A DNA stretch of 64,000 bases from positions 43,674-107,673 of the forward strand of contig CAZUTS010000002.1 in NCBI GenBank assembly GCA_964623375.1, read 5' to 3'. Under the pieces are notes generated by a model that was given only the letters and a program-made list of their open reading frames with translations, had not been told where the DNA came from and searched no databases. Below are positions 30,345 through 39,574 of this stretch, one piece after another (within the stretch, counting starts at the first letter, position 1; each line of letters starts with the position of its first letter). The translations under genes were made by a program, and so were the position numbers. Source of the stretch: an uncultured Anaerolineaceae bacterium (GTDB lineage Bacteria > Chloroflexota > Anaerolineae > Anaerolineales > UBA11579).

Positions 30345-30463
30345 AGCGGGTGGATTATAGCGGGTGGGAAGGGCTGGTAATTGGCAATAGTGATTACCCT
30401 TCCCACCTACTGTTGGTGCTTTATCCGTCGAGGATGAAGATTCGGGGTTTTCTGGGGTGCACC

Positions 30464-32515
30464 CTACAGCTTGGCCCGGCGAAGCAGCTGCGCGTTGAAG
30501 GCTACGATGATGGTGCTGGCAGACATGAGCACCGCGCCCAGCGCGGGTGAGAGCAGGATGCCGCGGCCTGCCAACACGCCCGCCGCCAACGGAATGGCAA
30601 TGACGTTGTACCCGGTGGCCCACAGCAGGTTCTGCACCATTTTGGCGTAGCTTGCGCGGCTAAGACGGAAGATCTTCAGCACATCCTGTGGGTCATTGTC
30701 CACCAGAATGATGCCAGCAGACTCTACTGCAACATCGGTACCGCTGCCAATGGCAATGCCCACATCGGCGCGCGCCAAGGCGGGCGCATCATTGACGCCG
30801 TCTCCCACCATGGCCACCTTGCGACCCTGGGACTGCAGTTCGGCAATCTTCTTTTCCTTATCTGCGGGAAGCACTTCTGCGAAGAATTCGTTAATGCCCA
30901 GTTCGGCTGCAACTGCCGCTGCTACCGGGGTGCTGTCTCCGGTCAGCATTGCTGCACGGATGCCGAGTTTTTGCAAGTCTTCGATCACGCGTTTGCTCTC
31001 TGGGCGTATTTCGTCTGCGATAGCGAAAACAGCCACCGGCTGCCCACCTGCCAGCAGGTAAATGGCGCTTTGGCCTTTGTTCCCGGCGTCTTCGCCAAAG
31101 GCGGCCAGCTCCGGAGGCAGGCTGGCGCCCAGCGACTCGAGCAGGCGCGGGCCGCCGAGGTGGTAGCGCTGCCCGCCCACCTGCGCTTGCACGCCCAGGC
31201 CCTTCATGGCCTGGAACTCCGTCACCGTGGCGGCGGCCAGGCCGCGCCCGGCAGCTGCGGAGCGGATGGCGCGGGCCAGACTGTGCTCCGAATCACCTTC
31301 CAGCCCGGCGGCCAGGCGCAGCGCTTCATCTTCGTCTTGGCCAGCGATGGTGCGCACCGCAACCACACCCATCTCGCCTTTGGTAAGCGTGCCCGTTTTG
31401 TCAAACACAACTGTATCCACCAAGCGAGCTTCTTCTAGCGCCAAGCGGTCTTTAACCAGCAAGCCGTGTGCTGCGGCTTGCGTTGTGCTGATGGCAACGA
31501 CAAGCGGTACCGCCAAGCCTAACGCGTGGGGGCATGCGATGATGAGCACAGTTACTACGCGCTCCAGTACGAACAGGTCAAATCCACGCGCCAGCCCCCA
31601 TGCCACAGCTGTTAGCGCTGCTGCGAGCAGGGCGAGGTTAAACAGCCAGCCCGCGGCGCGGTCTGCCAGAATTTGAGTCTGTGATTTGCTGAGTTGCGCT
31701 TGCTGTACCAGGCGCATGATGCCGGCCAGCGCCGTGGCGCCGCCCACGGCGGTGACACGCACTCGCAGGCTGCCCTCGCCGTTGATGGCGCCGGCAATCA
31801 CGCGGTCACCCGGCGCTTTGGACACCGGCTTCGATTCACCGCTGAGCATCGATTCGTTTATTTGCGATTTACCCTCAATCACTTCACCATCGGCTGGAAT
31901 GCTGGCGCCTGGCCGAACAAGGAGTACATCACCTATGGCAAGCTCGCTGACAGCTACAGTCTTGGTTTGCCCATCTGTGCTCAGGCGCTCGGCTTGGTCT
32001 GGCAGCAATTTGGCGAGCTCGTCCAAGCTGCTGGAGGCGCGGCGCACGCTTCGCATCTCTATCCAATGGCCTAGAAGCATGATGTCGATGAGCGTGGCTA
32101 ACTCCCAATAGAAACCCTCGCCAAGCGCGAAAAGGAAGGCTGCCGTGCTGTAGACGAAGGATACTGAGATCGCCAGGCTGATTAGCATCATCATTCCCGG
32201 TTTGCGCGCGCGCACCTCAGGAATAGCCATTTGCAGGAAAGGCAGACCGCCATAAAAGAAGATAACTGTGGCAAAGATGGGGGCAATGTAGAGTGAGCCG
32301 GCGAAGGCCGGTGGTGAGATACCAAGCCAGCGCTGGGTCATCTCGCTGTATAGGATTACAGGGATGGTGAGCACCAGCGAGACAAAGAAGCGCGTGCGGA
32401 ACATGGCCTCGTGGCCGCTGTGCTGCGCACCGTTGTGTGCCGAATCCTTGCCGGGCTGTTTGTGTTGAACAGCCTCAGGATTATGGTGGTGTGTGTGGTG
32501 TGTGTGCTCGTCCAT
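30464..32515 (-). CDS. Copper-translocating P1B-type ATPase, His-rich N-terminus (CopB/P1B-3-like)
   Basis: [24 protein letters not shown] and MSAS motifs. His-rich N-terminus with no CxxC metal-binding domain; SGES replaces TGES. Confidence 0.93.
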   Translation of the reverse strand: MDEHTHHTHHHNPEAVQHKQPGKDSAHNGAQHSGHEAMFRTRFFVSLVLTIPVILYSEMTQRWLGISPPAFAGSLYIAPIFATVIFFYGGLPFLQMAIPEVRARKPGMMMLISLAISVSFVYSTAAFLFALGEGFYWELATLIDIMLLGHWIEMRSVRRASSSLDELAKLLPDQAERLSTDGQTKTVAVSELAIGDVLLVRPGASIPADGEVIEGKSQINESMLSGESKPVSKAPGDRVIAGAINGEGSLRVRVTAVGGATALAGIMRLVQQAQLSKSQTQILADRAAGWLFNLALLAAALTAVAWGLARGFDLFVLERVVTVLIIACPHALGLAVPLVVAISTTQAAAHGLLVKDRLALEEARLVDTVVFDKTGTLTKGEMGVVAVRTIAGQDEDEALRLAAGLEGDSEHSLARAIRSAAAGRGLAAATVTEFQAMKGLGVQAQVGGQRYHLGGPRLLESLGASLPPELAAFGEDAGNKGQSAIYLLAGGQPVAVFAIADEIRPESKRVIEDLQKLGIRAAMLTGDSTPVAAAVAAELGINEFFAEVLPADKEKKIAELQSQGRKVAMVGDGVNDAPALARADVGIAIGSGTDVAVESAGIILVDNDPQDVLKIFRLSRASYAKMVQNLLWATGYNVIAIPLAAGVLAGRGILLSPALGAVLMSASTIIVAFNAQLLRRAKL

Positions 32516-32535
32516 CCCTGTATGTCCTTAATCTT

Positions 32536-32958
32536 CTATGGAATAACTGTAATCTTGGCGTACATACCAGCCGCGTAGTGCCCAGGAAGGTGACAGCCAA
32601 ACTCGTATTCGCCGGGTTCTGTGAAGGTGTGTTCGATGGAAACACTAGCCCCGGGCGTGAGCTGGCTCTCGCCAACATGCAACATGCTGCCTGTGGTGCT
32701 CTCGCCGTGGCCATCTTCTGCCTCAGTGTTACCTTGCATGTCGTGCTCTTCATTCTCGGCCAGCATGACAAACTCATGGTTGATCGCGCCGGGGTTGCTG
32801 ATCACGAAACGATAGGGTGTGCCCACTTTGAATACAGTGAGCGGGGACTCGATGGCGAACTCGGTGAGCTCAATCGGCACTACCTGAGCGGCGGTAGGTT
32901 GGCTACCGCAGGCAGTGAGCAACAGAGCCAGAACCAAAAATGCTGCCATTCTCAACAT
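32536..32958 (-). CDS. Cupredoxin (type-1 copper) lipoprotein
   Basis: Lipobox LTAC, NPGAINHEF and CHLPGHYAAGM (His...Cys-x4-His-x4-Met). Confidence 0.88.
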   Translation of the reverse strand: MLRMAAFLVLALLLTACGSQPTAAQVVPIELTEFAIESPLTVFKVGTPYRFVISNPGAINHEFVMLAENEEHDMQGNTEAEDGHGESTTGSMLHVGESQLTPGASVSIEHTFTEPGEYEFGCHLPGHYAAGMYAKITVIP

Positions 32959-32980
32959 ACAAACTGTCTCCTTACTTAGT

Positions 32981-33007
32981 ATACCCTCCCCCTGTGGGAG
33001 GGGTTAT
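32981..33007 (-). promoter_or_regulatory. Possible CsoR-type operator abutting the TATACT -10 of the copper operon
   Basis: ATACCCTCCC-cctgt-GGGAGGGGTTAT C/G-tract inverted repeat. It could instead be a CCCTCCCC-type repeat. Confidence 0.45.
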
Positions 33008-33146
33008 GCCTAATTTATATTGTTTGTTCTAAGCAGTCAATGAAGAGGAGGATGAGAAGAAGCCTGCTCTTGGCTTAAGGCAGCCCGGATGCAGGTTAGA
33101 TCTCTAAGTTCTTCGTGTCCCCAGTACAATGAGGGCAGGAGAACTC

Positions 33147-34292
33147 ATGCCAGACCAATTTGAAACTCTAGCCATCCATGCCGGCCAGCAGCCTGACCCC
33201 AGCACTGGCGCGGTGATGACCCCCATCTACCAAACCAGCACCTTCGTGCAAGACGCCGTGGGCGTGCACAAGGGCTACGAATATTCGCGCAGCGGCAACC
33301 CCACGCGCAGCGCGCTGCAGGATTGTTTCGCTGCGCTGGAAGCCGCCAAGCACGGCCTGGCCTTCGCCTCGGGCCTGGCAGCCAGCGACACCATCATCCG
33401 CCAGTTTGCACCGGGTGACCATATCCTGGTGGGTGGTGATGTGTACGGCGGCACCTTCCGCTTGTTCGAGAAGGAGTACAAAGACTTCGGCATTGAGTTC
33501 AGCTATGTTGATATGGATGATGTGCAGGCGGTGCAAGCCAACCTGCGCGCCAACACTAAGCTGGTCTGGCTGGAGACGCCCACCAACCCCTACTTGGGCC
33601 TGGCAGACATTGCTGCCATTGCCGCGCTGCTGAAGCAGCACGGCAGCAAGCCGCTGTTCGCCGTGGATAACACCTTTGCCTCGCCGTACTTGCAGCAGCC
33701 ACTAGTGCTGGGGGCAGATCTTGTCATTCATTCCGCCACCAAGTATCTCGGCGGCCACTCAGACGTGGTGCTGGGGCTGGTTGGGGTCAACGATGATGAT
33801 CTGCACGCCAAGCTGGCCTTTACGCAAAATGCGGCCGGCGCCGTGCCCGGGCCGATGGACAGCTTCCTGGTGTTGCGCGGCATCAAGACCCTGCATCTGC
33901 GTATGGAGCGCCATGCGCACAATGCCGCCGCCATTGCCGAGCATCTGGTGGTGCACCCCAAGGTGAGCCAGATCTATTACCCGTACCACGAGAGCCACCC
34001 GCAGCACGCCCTGGCGCGCAAACAGATGCGCAACGGCGGCGGCATGCTTTCGTTTGAACTCAAGGGCGGTGAAGCGGCTGCGCGTACGGTGGCCGAAAAT
34101 ACACGCCTGTTTGCCCTGGCCGAGTCGCTTGGCGGGGTAGAGTCGCTGATTGAAGTCCCTGCGGTGATGACGCATCTCTCGGTGGCCAACTCGCCCCTGG
34201 CGGTGGACCCCGGGTTGGTGCGCCTCTCGGTGGGCGTTGAAAACGTGGCTGACCTGATTGCAGACCTGGAACAAGCGTTGGCGAAAGCGTAG
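33147..34292 (+). CDS. Cystathionine gamma-lyase/gamma-synthase family PLP enzyme
   Basis: YEYSRSGNPTR, FASGLAA, ETPTNP, DNTFASP, HSATKYLGGHSD and LAESLGGVESL motifs. Confidence 0.93.
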   Translation: MPDQFETLAIHAGQQPDPSTGAVMTPIYQTSTFVQDAVGVHKGYEYSRSGNPTRSALQDCFAALEAAKHGLAFASGLAASDTIIRQFAPGDHILVGGDVYGGTFRLFEKEYKDFGIEFSYVDMDDVQAVQANLRANTKLVWLETPTNPYLGLADIAAIAALLKQHGSKPLFAVDNTFASPYLQQPLVLGADLVIHSATKYLGGHSDVVLGLVGVNDDDLHAKLAFTQNAAGAVPGPMDSFLVLRGIKTLHLRMERHAHNAAAIAEHLVVHPKVSQIYYPYHESHPQHALARKQMRNGGGMLSFELKGGEAAARTVAENTRLFALAESLGGVESLIEVPAVMTHLSVANSPLAVDPGLVRLSVGVENVADLIADLEQALAKA

Positions 34293-34314
34293 GCGCAAAG
34301 CCAAGGAGGCAGTG

Positions 34315-34665
34315 ATGGCCGGAAAAGAGAAGAAAGACAAGAGCCCGGATGCGATGGATGCCGCCGCAGAGGGCATGGGCTATGCCATCGGCGGGCTGGA
34401 AACCAGCTCGGCGGAGTTCACCGAGTTCTTAGCCAAAGTTATCAAAGAGTTCAAAGAAGATTCGCCCGGCGCCACGCTGCGTGATGCCGCCCGCATTGTG
34501 CTGGAACGCGAGGGGCTGGAGCGGTATGCTGGCCGCGTTGAAGAGATCAACGTGTTCTTGAAAGCCTTCCTGGGCGGCAAGAACACGGAATGGGATGAAC
34601 TGGTGGAAGAAGACGCCCGCCGCCGTCTGAAAATTGACAAGACGCTCGGCGGCACGCCGGGCTGA
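34315..34665 (+). CDS. Hypothetical protein (116 aa, charged, helical)
   Basis: RBS AAGGAGG, host-like codon usage, terminator directly after. Confidence 0.75.
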   Translation: MAGKEKKDKSPDAMDAAAEGMGYAIGGLETSSAEFTEFLAKVIKEFKEDSPGATLRDAARIVLEREGLERYAGRVEEINVFLKAFLGGKNTEWDELVEEDARRRLKIDKTLGGTPG

Positions 34666-34680
34666 ACATGGGCTGGCTGC

Positions 34681-34714
34681 AAAAAAAAAGAGCGTGCACA
34701 GCACGCTCTTTTTT
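34681..34714. terminator. Terminator after hypothetical gene
   Basis: A-run AAAAGAGCGTGC-aca-GCACGCTCTTTTTT. Confidence 0.8.
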
Positions 34715-34761
34715 GCGCAGTTAGCTGGTCAACTTGGTCAGCTAGTAAGATCTATCCCCGC

Positions 34762-34882
34762 TGTCTTTACGAGCTGGCGGCATGGAATGCCGCCACGCGA
34801 AGCAATCTCCGATCTGGTCAGGCTAATAGGCTTGGGGATTGCTTCGCTAGCACTGCTACGCAGTGCAACGCTCGCAAAGACG
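34762..34882. repeat. CGTC-type palindromic repeat (reverse orientation relative to the 56720 copy)
   Basis: TGTCTTTACGAG...CGAAGCAATCTCC...GGGGATTGCTTCGCTAGCACTGC...CTCGCAAAGACG. Confidence 0.85.
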
Positions 34883-34947
34883 GGGCGCGGCGCAGTATTA
34901 ATTGACTAACCGACTAATAGACCAAGCGACCGTCTTCGATTAACTGA

Positions 34948-35784
34948 TTACTCGTCGTACAGCACCGTCGGCTCGGCGTAGTAGCGCACCCCTTTGCGTG
35001 CGGTGCGCTCATTCACCCATTGCTGCAGGGCGGCGTTCTTTTCTTCGAGCGATTTGTCCGCCGAGAGCTCATCCAGCGGGTAGTTGACGCGCAGCGCACG
35101 CGGTGACACCGCGAAGCGCGTGATGCCCGGCGGCAGCAGCACGCCGGCAGCGCACAGCTGCAGCACTTCGCTGACTTTGAAGGGGGGGTAGACCACGATA
35201 GCGGTTAGATTATCGTACTTGCCGTGCAGCTCGCGCACTTGCTGGGCCGTGGTGCGGTCGATCACGGCCTTCTTGGCGTACAGCTCGGTAATCTTGTTCA
35301 GCGCCCGCGTGCGGCTGGCCAGGTCGCCCGGCACGCTGCGCGCTACATAGGCCTGGCCGTCCTGAGTCTGCACCCACACAAGGGTTTTGATGGGCCAGCG
35401 GCTCTGCGGCTTCTTCACACTGGAATCGATATCACGCAGCGTGACATCTGGTAGATCGCCAAGGGCGGCTAGAAACTCGTCGCCATCCCAATCCCACAGT
35501 ACATGGTTCCAAGTGTGCAGGTCGAGGCCCGGCGAGTCGGCCTCGACGACTTGCACCAGGGCATGCGGGATGCCCATGTGGTTGAGTGCGCTGGTGCGGT
35601 TGGCGCCATCCAGCACCATGTAGCGCCCGCTGCCATCCGGCAGCGGCGTCACCATGGGCGGATTGCGCAGCACACCGCTGGCGCGCAAGCGCTCCACGAG
35701 CGGCTTGCTGCGCTGGTCATCGTGCCACTCGTGCGGCACCAGGTCAGGCGAGGGGACGATGCGAAGGATTGGAAGAGTAGGCAT
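34948..35784 (-). CDS. ParB/sulfiredoxin-fold protein, SbnI-like free L-serine kinase candidate
   Basis: PHE..D..R, RYMVLDGANR, HTWNH, LPPGITRF.VSPRALRVNYPL and VRYYAEPTVLYDE follow, in order and length, the S. aureus SbnI motifs as I recall them (LHE, RYMVIDGVHR, STWQH, VPAGVTRF.ISGR, MRCYTEKV). Confidence 0.75.
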   Translation of the reverse strand: MPTLPILRIVPSPDLVPHEWHDDQRSKPLVERLRASGVLRNPPMVTPLPDGSGRYMVLDGANRTSALNHMGIPHALVQVVEADSPGLDLHTWNHVLWDWDGDEFLAALGDLPDVTLRDIDSSVKKPQSRWPIKTLVWVQTQDGQAYVARSVPGDLASRTRALNKITELYAKKAVIDRTTAQQVRELHGKYDNLTAIVVYPPFKVSEVLQLCAAGVLLPPGITRFAVSPRALRVNYPLDELSADKSLEEKNAALQQWVNERTARKGVRYYAEPTVLYDE

Positions 35785-35893
35785 GATGGATTTATCGACT
35801 AATCGATTAGTCAGTTAATCACTTAGTCCGTTGGTTGCCTGTTTACTGTTCACTAATCCCTGCTCACTTCTGTTGGCTGTCAACTGCAAACTG

Positions 35894-37300
35894 TCAACCA
35901 TTAATGAAATCAAGCACATCGATTTTCGTCAAAATGCCGACCACGCGGCCGCCCTCGTTCACCAAGACGGCATTGTTGCGCACGATCTCGTGCATAGCAT
36001 CGGGCAGCAGCGTGCTGGCAGGCAGGCTGTTGGGCGCCGGCTGCAGCAGGGTGGCGATGCTGTCTTCGCCGGGGCGGCCGGTTTTGGCCTCCAGTAGGTG
36101 GGTGAGCAGGTCGCCCTCGCGCACGATGCCAGTCACCTCGCTGGCCGCGTCTACCACGGGCAGCTGCGAGATGCCGTATTCCTTCATCTTGTTGACCACA
36201 TCGGCGATGCGGTCTTCGGCGGAGGCCGAGATGAGCTCGCTCATGCTCTTGCCGCCCAGCACCTCGCGCAGGGTGGCCTCACTCCACTCGGAGTCCATGA
36301 AGCCGTTCTCGCGCATCCACTTGTCGTCGAACAGTTTGGTGAGGTAACGGTTGCCCGAGTCAGGCAGAATGACCACGGCCACGCGGTCGGCCGGCAGGCT
36401 CTTGAGGTACTTGAGCGCCCCGGCTACGGCTGCGCCGGCCGAACCGCCAGCGAAGATTCCTTCTTCGCTGACCAGGCGGCGCGTCATCACGAAGCACTCT
36501 TTATCGGTCACGCGGATGATCTCATCCACCACGCTCAGGTCGGTGGTGCTGGGCAGGAAGTCTTCGCCGATGCCCTCAACCTTGTAGGTGATGGCTTCAA
36601 CACCGGGCGGGATCTTGCCCTTGTTCTCCCAAATTTCCTTGAGGATCGAGCCCACCGGATCCACGCCAACGATGCGAATATCCGGGTTCTTTTCTTTGAG
36701 GTACTTGCCCACGCCGCTGATCGTGCCACCCGTGCCCATGGCGATGATGACATCGGTCACCTTGCCGCCGGTTTGCTCCCAGATCTCAGGGCCAGTGGTC
36801 AGGTAGTGGCTGCGCGGGTTCTCAGGGTTGTGATACTGGTTGGCCAGGATGGTGTTGGGGTTCTCGGTGGCCAGGCGTTGGGCTACTTTGTAATAGGAAC
36901 GTGGGTCTTCGGGGGCGACGGCGGTGGGGGTGATCACTACTTTGGCGCCATACGCACGCAGGAGCTGAATTTTCTCCTGGCTCATCTTGTCTGGCATGAC
37001 GAAGATGCACTTGTAGCCGCGCATGCCCGCCACGATGGCCAGGCCCACGCCCGTATTGCCCGAGGTGGCCTCTACGATGGTGCCGCCCGGCTTCAGGCGG
37101 CCACTGGCTTCGGCCTCGTCAATGATGTTTTTGCCAATACGGTCTTTGACCGAGCCGCCTGGGTTAAAGAACTCCACTTTGGCGTATAAGGGCACGCTGT
37201 GGCCTTTGGTTACCCGGTTGAGGCGCACCAGTGGCGTATTGCCAATGGTGCCAATAATGTCGTCAAAAACACGCAGGTCTTGGGATTGGGGAAGGCTCAT
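35894..37300 (-). CDS. Cystathionine beta-synthase with C-terminal CBS domain pair
   Basis: NPGGSVKDR (PLP Lys), EATSGNTG, PEDPRSYY, NQYHNP, GTGGT, KVEGIGEDF and a C-terminal CBS pair (ISQLPVV...GILTKID). Confidence 0.92.
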   Translation of the reverse strand: MSLPQSQDLRVFDDIIGTIGNTPLVRLNRVTKGHSVPLYAKVEFFNPGGSVKDRIGKNIIDEAEASGRLKPGGTIVEATSGNTGVGLAIVAGMRGYKCIFVMPDKMSQEKIQLLRAYGAKVVITPTAVAPEDPRSYYKVAQRLATENPNTILANQYHNPENPRSHYLTTGPEIWEQTGGKVTDVIIAMGTGGTISGVGKYLKEKNPDIRIVGVDPVGSILKEIWENKGKIPPGVEAITYKVEGIGEDFLPSTTDLSVVDEIIRVTDKECFVMTRRLVSEEGIFAGGSAGAAVAGALKYLKSLPADRVAVVILPDSGNRYLTKLFDDKWMRENGFMDSEWSEATLREVLGGKSMSELISASAEDRIADVVNKMKEYGISQLPVVDAASEVTGIVREGDLLTHLLEAKTGRPGEDSIATLLQPAPNSLPASTLLPDAMHEIVRNNAVLVNEGGRVVGILTKIDVLDFING

Positions 37301-37348
37301 AAACCAAGTTTATCAGATGGCAGAAAAGCCGAGGATACAACACATGCG

Positions 37349-37419
37349 AACCACAAAGACACAAAGAACAAAGAACACAAAGAACATACTTTTCTTGTGT
37401 ACTTTGTGTCTTTGTGGTT
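37349..37419. repeat. CACAAAG-unit palindromic repeat, copy 2
   Basis: AACCACAAAGACACAAAGAACAAAG...CTTTGTGTCTTTGTGGTT, just after the mltG stop. Confidence 0.85.
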
Positions 37420-37423
37420 GGGT

Positions 37424-38533
37424 TTAGCAGTTATTAGCCAAATGCTCCTCGTACGTCACCGCAAACACATGCGCCCCGGAGCCATCACACACGGCCTGGA
37501 AGAAGTAGTAGGGTGAGGTGGCGGGGAAGGCAACGGCATACAAGGCTTCGGCGCTGGGGGCCGCAATCGGGGTGGGCGGTAGGCCGTTGTAGACGTAGGT
37601 GTTGTAGGGCGAGTTGGTTTGCAAGTCCGCAGCCGTGAGCGGGCTGGGCCACCACTGGCCGCGGCCGTCATAGCCCACGGCGTACTGCACCGTGGGGTCG
37701 GCTTGCAGCATCATGCCAATATCCAGCCGGTTGTGGAATACCGAAGCGATCAGCGGCATCTCGGAATTGACGACGGCCTCACGCTCCACGATGGAAGCCA
37801 GAATCAGCGCATCGTAAACACTCAGCCCTTGGGCCTGGAAGCTGGCCAGCAGCTCCGGCGTCATCGTGCTCGAGAATACGTCGCTCTGCAGCAGGGTCAG
37901 CAGCAGGGTTGTGGCATCCGCGCCGCGCGGGATCTCGTAGCTGCCGGGCAGCAGGAAGCCTTCCAGCGAGGAGCCGATGGGCATCTCGGCGTACAGCGCC
38001 AGCTCGTTGGGCGTATTGCTGGCCAGGCGCACAAATTCTTCCGGCGCCACCTGCATGCCAGCGCTGGGCAGGCTGGCGGCAATCTCTTCCAAGCGCCAGC
38101 CGGGCAGAATCACCAGGGTCACATGATCGGGCGTTGGGTCGAGCAGGGCAGTAGCCAGCTCCACGCCGCTCATCGCCGCGCTGAGCTCAAAGCGTCCGGA
38201 TTGCAGCTGCGTATCGCGCCCGCTATAGACCAGATAATTGCTGAACAGGCCTGCATCCCGAATCAGGCCGGCAGCTTGCAGGCGCGCTACCAGCGTGCCG
38301 GTTGGCTCGCCCGCCGTGATAGTGAACTCCTGTGGCGTAGCCGCAGCATTCAGCGGGCGCAGCGCCTCGGCACGCCAGCCCAGCTCAGCGCCCAGGCGCA
38401 GCGCCTGCAACGGGCCGAGCTGAGCCGAGGGCGGGCCGAAGTGTTGCTCGGCGCGTGTTACCAACGTGCTGCCGCCGAGGAAGGCCAGAAAAGCCAGTAT
38501 GGCGATGAGACCGAGAATGATGAAGGAGCGCAT
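37424..38533 (-). CDS. mltG: Endolytic murein transglycosylase MltG
   Basis: LEGFLLPGSY, LASIVERE, IASVFHNRL...LQADPTVQY, SPYNTY..GLPPTPI and YYFFQA motifs. Confidence 0.93.
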   Translation of the reverse strand: MRSFIILGLIAILAFLAFLGGSTLVTRAEQHFGPPSAQLGPLQALRLGAELGWRAEALRPLNAAATPQEFTITAGEPTGTLVARLQAAGLIRDAGLFSNYLVYSGRDTQLQSGRFELSAAMSGVELATALLDPTPDHVTLVILPGWRLEEIAASLPSAGMQVAPEEFVRLASNTPNELALYAEMPIGSSLEGFLLPGSYEIPRGADATTLLLTLLQSDVFSSTMTPELLASFQAQGLSVYDALILASIVEREAVVNSEMPLIASVFHNRLDIGMMLQADPTVQYAVGYDGRGQWWPSPLTAADLQTNSPYNTYVYNGLPPTPIAAPSAEALYAVAFPATSPYYFFQAVCDGSGAHVFAVTYEEHLANNC

Positions 38534-38543
38534 GTAAACCAGT

Positions 38544-38625
38544 TAACCACAAAGACACAAAGAGCACAAAGGAAATTAGTTAATAGCCTACGAAGTTCTT
38601 TGTGTGCTTTGTGCCTTCGTGGTTA
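38544..38625. repeat. CACAAAG-unit palindromic repeat, copy 3
   Basis: TAACCACAAAGACACAAAGAGCACAAAG...CTTTGTGTGCTTTGTGCCTTCGTGGTTA; includes the ruvX stop codon. Confidence 0.85.
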
Positions 38626-39024
38626 GGTAGTTTGATTATCTAAATAATCTTGCAAAATCACCGCCGCAGCACTGGCGTCGATATCCTGTGTGCTGGCGCC
38701 AAGTGCACGGCGTGCGGCCAGCGCCTCCTGCGTGCTGTAGCTTTCTTCCCATAGGTGCACCGGGATGCTGGTAGCGGCCCGCAAGGCACCAGCCAGGCGG
38801 GCGGCTTTGCGCCCACTGTAGTTGGGCTGGCCATCCTCGCCGAAGGCTTGCCCGACTACAATGCGCTCGGCGCCGTGCTCGGCGGCCAGGGCCGTGATGT
38901 GCGCGGCATCGGCAGCGCGGCTCTCGTGCGCCAGCACCTGCAAGGGGCTGGCGATGGTGCCGCTGGCATCGCTCAGGGCTATGCCAATGCGCTTGTCACC
39001 AGGGTCAACGGCGAGGATTCTCAC
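38623..39024 (-). CDS. ruvX: YqgF/RuvX pre-16S rRNA nuclease / resolvase-like protein
   Basis: ILAVDPGDKRIGIALSD, WEESYST and IDASAAAVILQDYLD motifs. Confidence 0.93.
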   Translation of the reverse strand: MRILAVDPGDKRIGIALSDASGTIASPLQVLAHESRAADAAHITALAAEHGAERIVVGQAFGEDGQPNYSGRKAARLAGALRAATSIPVHLWEESYSTQEALAARRALGASTQDIDASAAAVILQDYLDNQTT

Positions 39025-39059
39025 TAACGTAGTGTACCTATAGTTGAATAGCTCGTGAG

Positions 39060-39140
39060 CAGTGATTAGGAAACAGTGAACAGGAGAACATGCATTGGTT
39101 CAGTTGCCTGCTCACAGTTAACTACTCACTGTTCACTGTC
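39060..39140. repeat. Inverted heptamer arrays
   Basis: CAGTGATT...AACAGTGAACAGG versus CTACTCACTGTTCACTGTC; the right arm encodes the end and stop of the upstream gene. Confidence 0.6.
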
Positions 39141-39514
39141 CCCATAAACTTTGCCCGCCGCTCCTCGGCCATGATACGCAGATAGATGCCTTCCATGCTC
39201 AAGGCTGACTTTGGCATCATTACTTTCGGAGGTAGATCCCACACCTCTTTACGTGCCTGGCGCGCAGAGGTGAACACTGGCAGGCCAAACTCCTGCGCCA
39301 GCAAGCGGATATCCGCCTTGCTGGTCACCAGGGCCAGCGGCACGTTGAGTTGCTGGCAGCGGCGGGCCGCCAACTGCAACACCAGTCGCGGCGCACGCGG
39401 CTCGCCGCGCTCCGGCCACAGCAGGATCACGCGGCCTTGCGCCCCGCCGCGGATACGCGCCAGCGCACCGCGCCAATCGCCATCCGGCGAGAGCTGTATC
39501 TGCGAAGTCTTCAC
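39122..39514 (-). CDS. Short protein matching the N-terminal domain of Chloroflexota baseplate-J/gp47-annotated proteins found upstream of ruvX
   Basis: MKTSQIQL...GRVILLWP.RG...LALVT...LAQEFGLPVF...A pattern and its position before ruvX-mltG. Only 130 aa. Confidence 0.6.
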   Translation of the reverse strand: MKTSQIQLSPDGDWRGALARIRGGAQGRVILLWPERGEPRAPRLVLQLAARRCQQLNVPLALVTSKADIRLLAQEFGLPVFTSARQARKEVWDLPPKVMMPKSALSMEGIYLRIMAEERRAKFMGTVNSE

Positions 39515-39574
39515 CGCACGAGTATAGAGTTAGGGAGGCTAGTTTGCTAGCTGATTGATAAGGAATTTGAGCGC

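Noticed and set aside
34948-35784. Chromosome-partitioning ParB
   Set aside because: No HTH or dimerisation domain and no adjacent parA; the C-terminal half follows the SbnI pattern instead.
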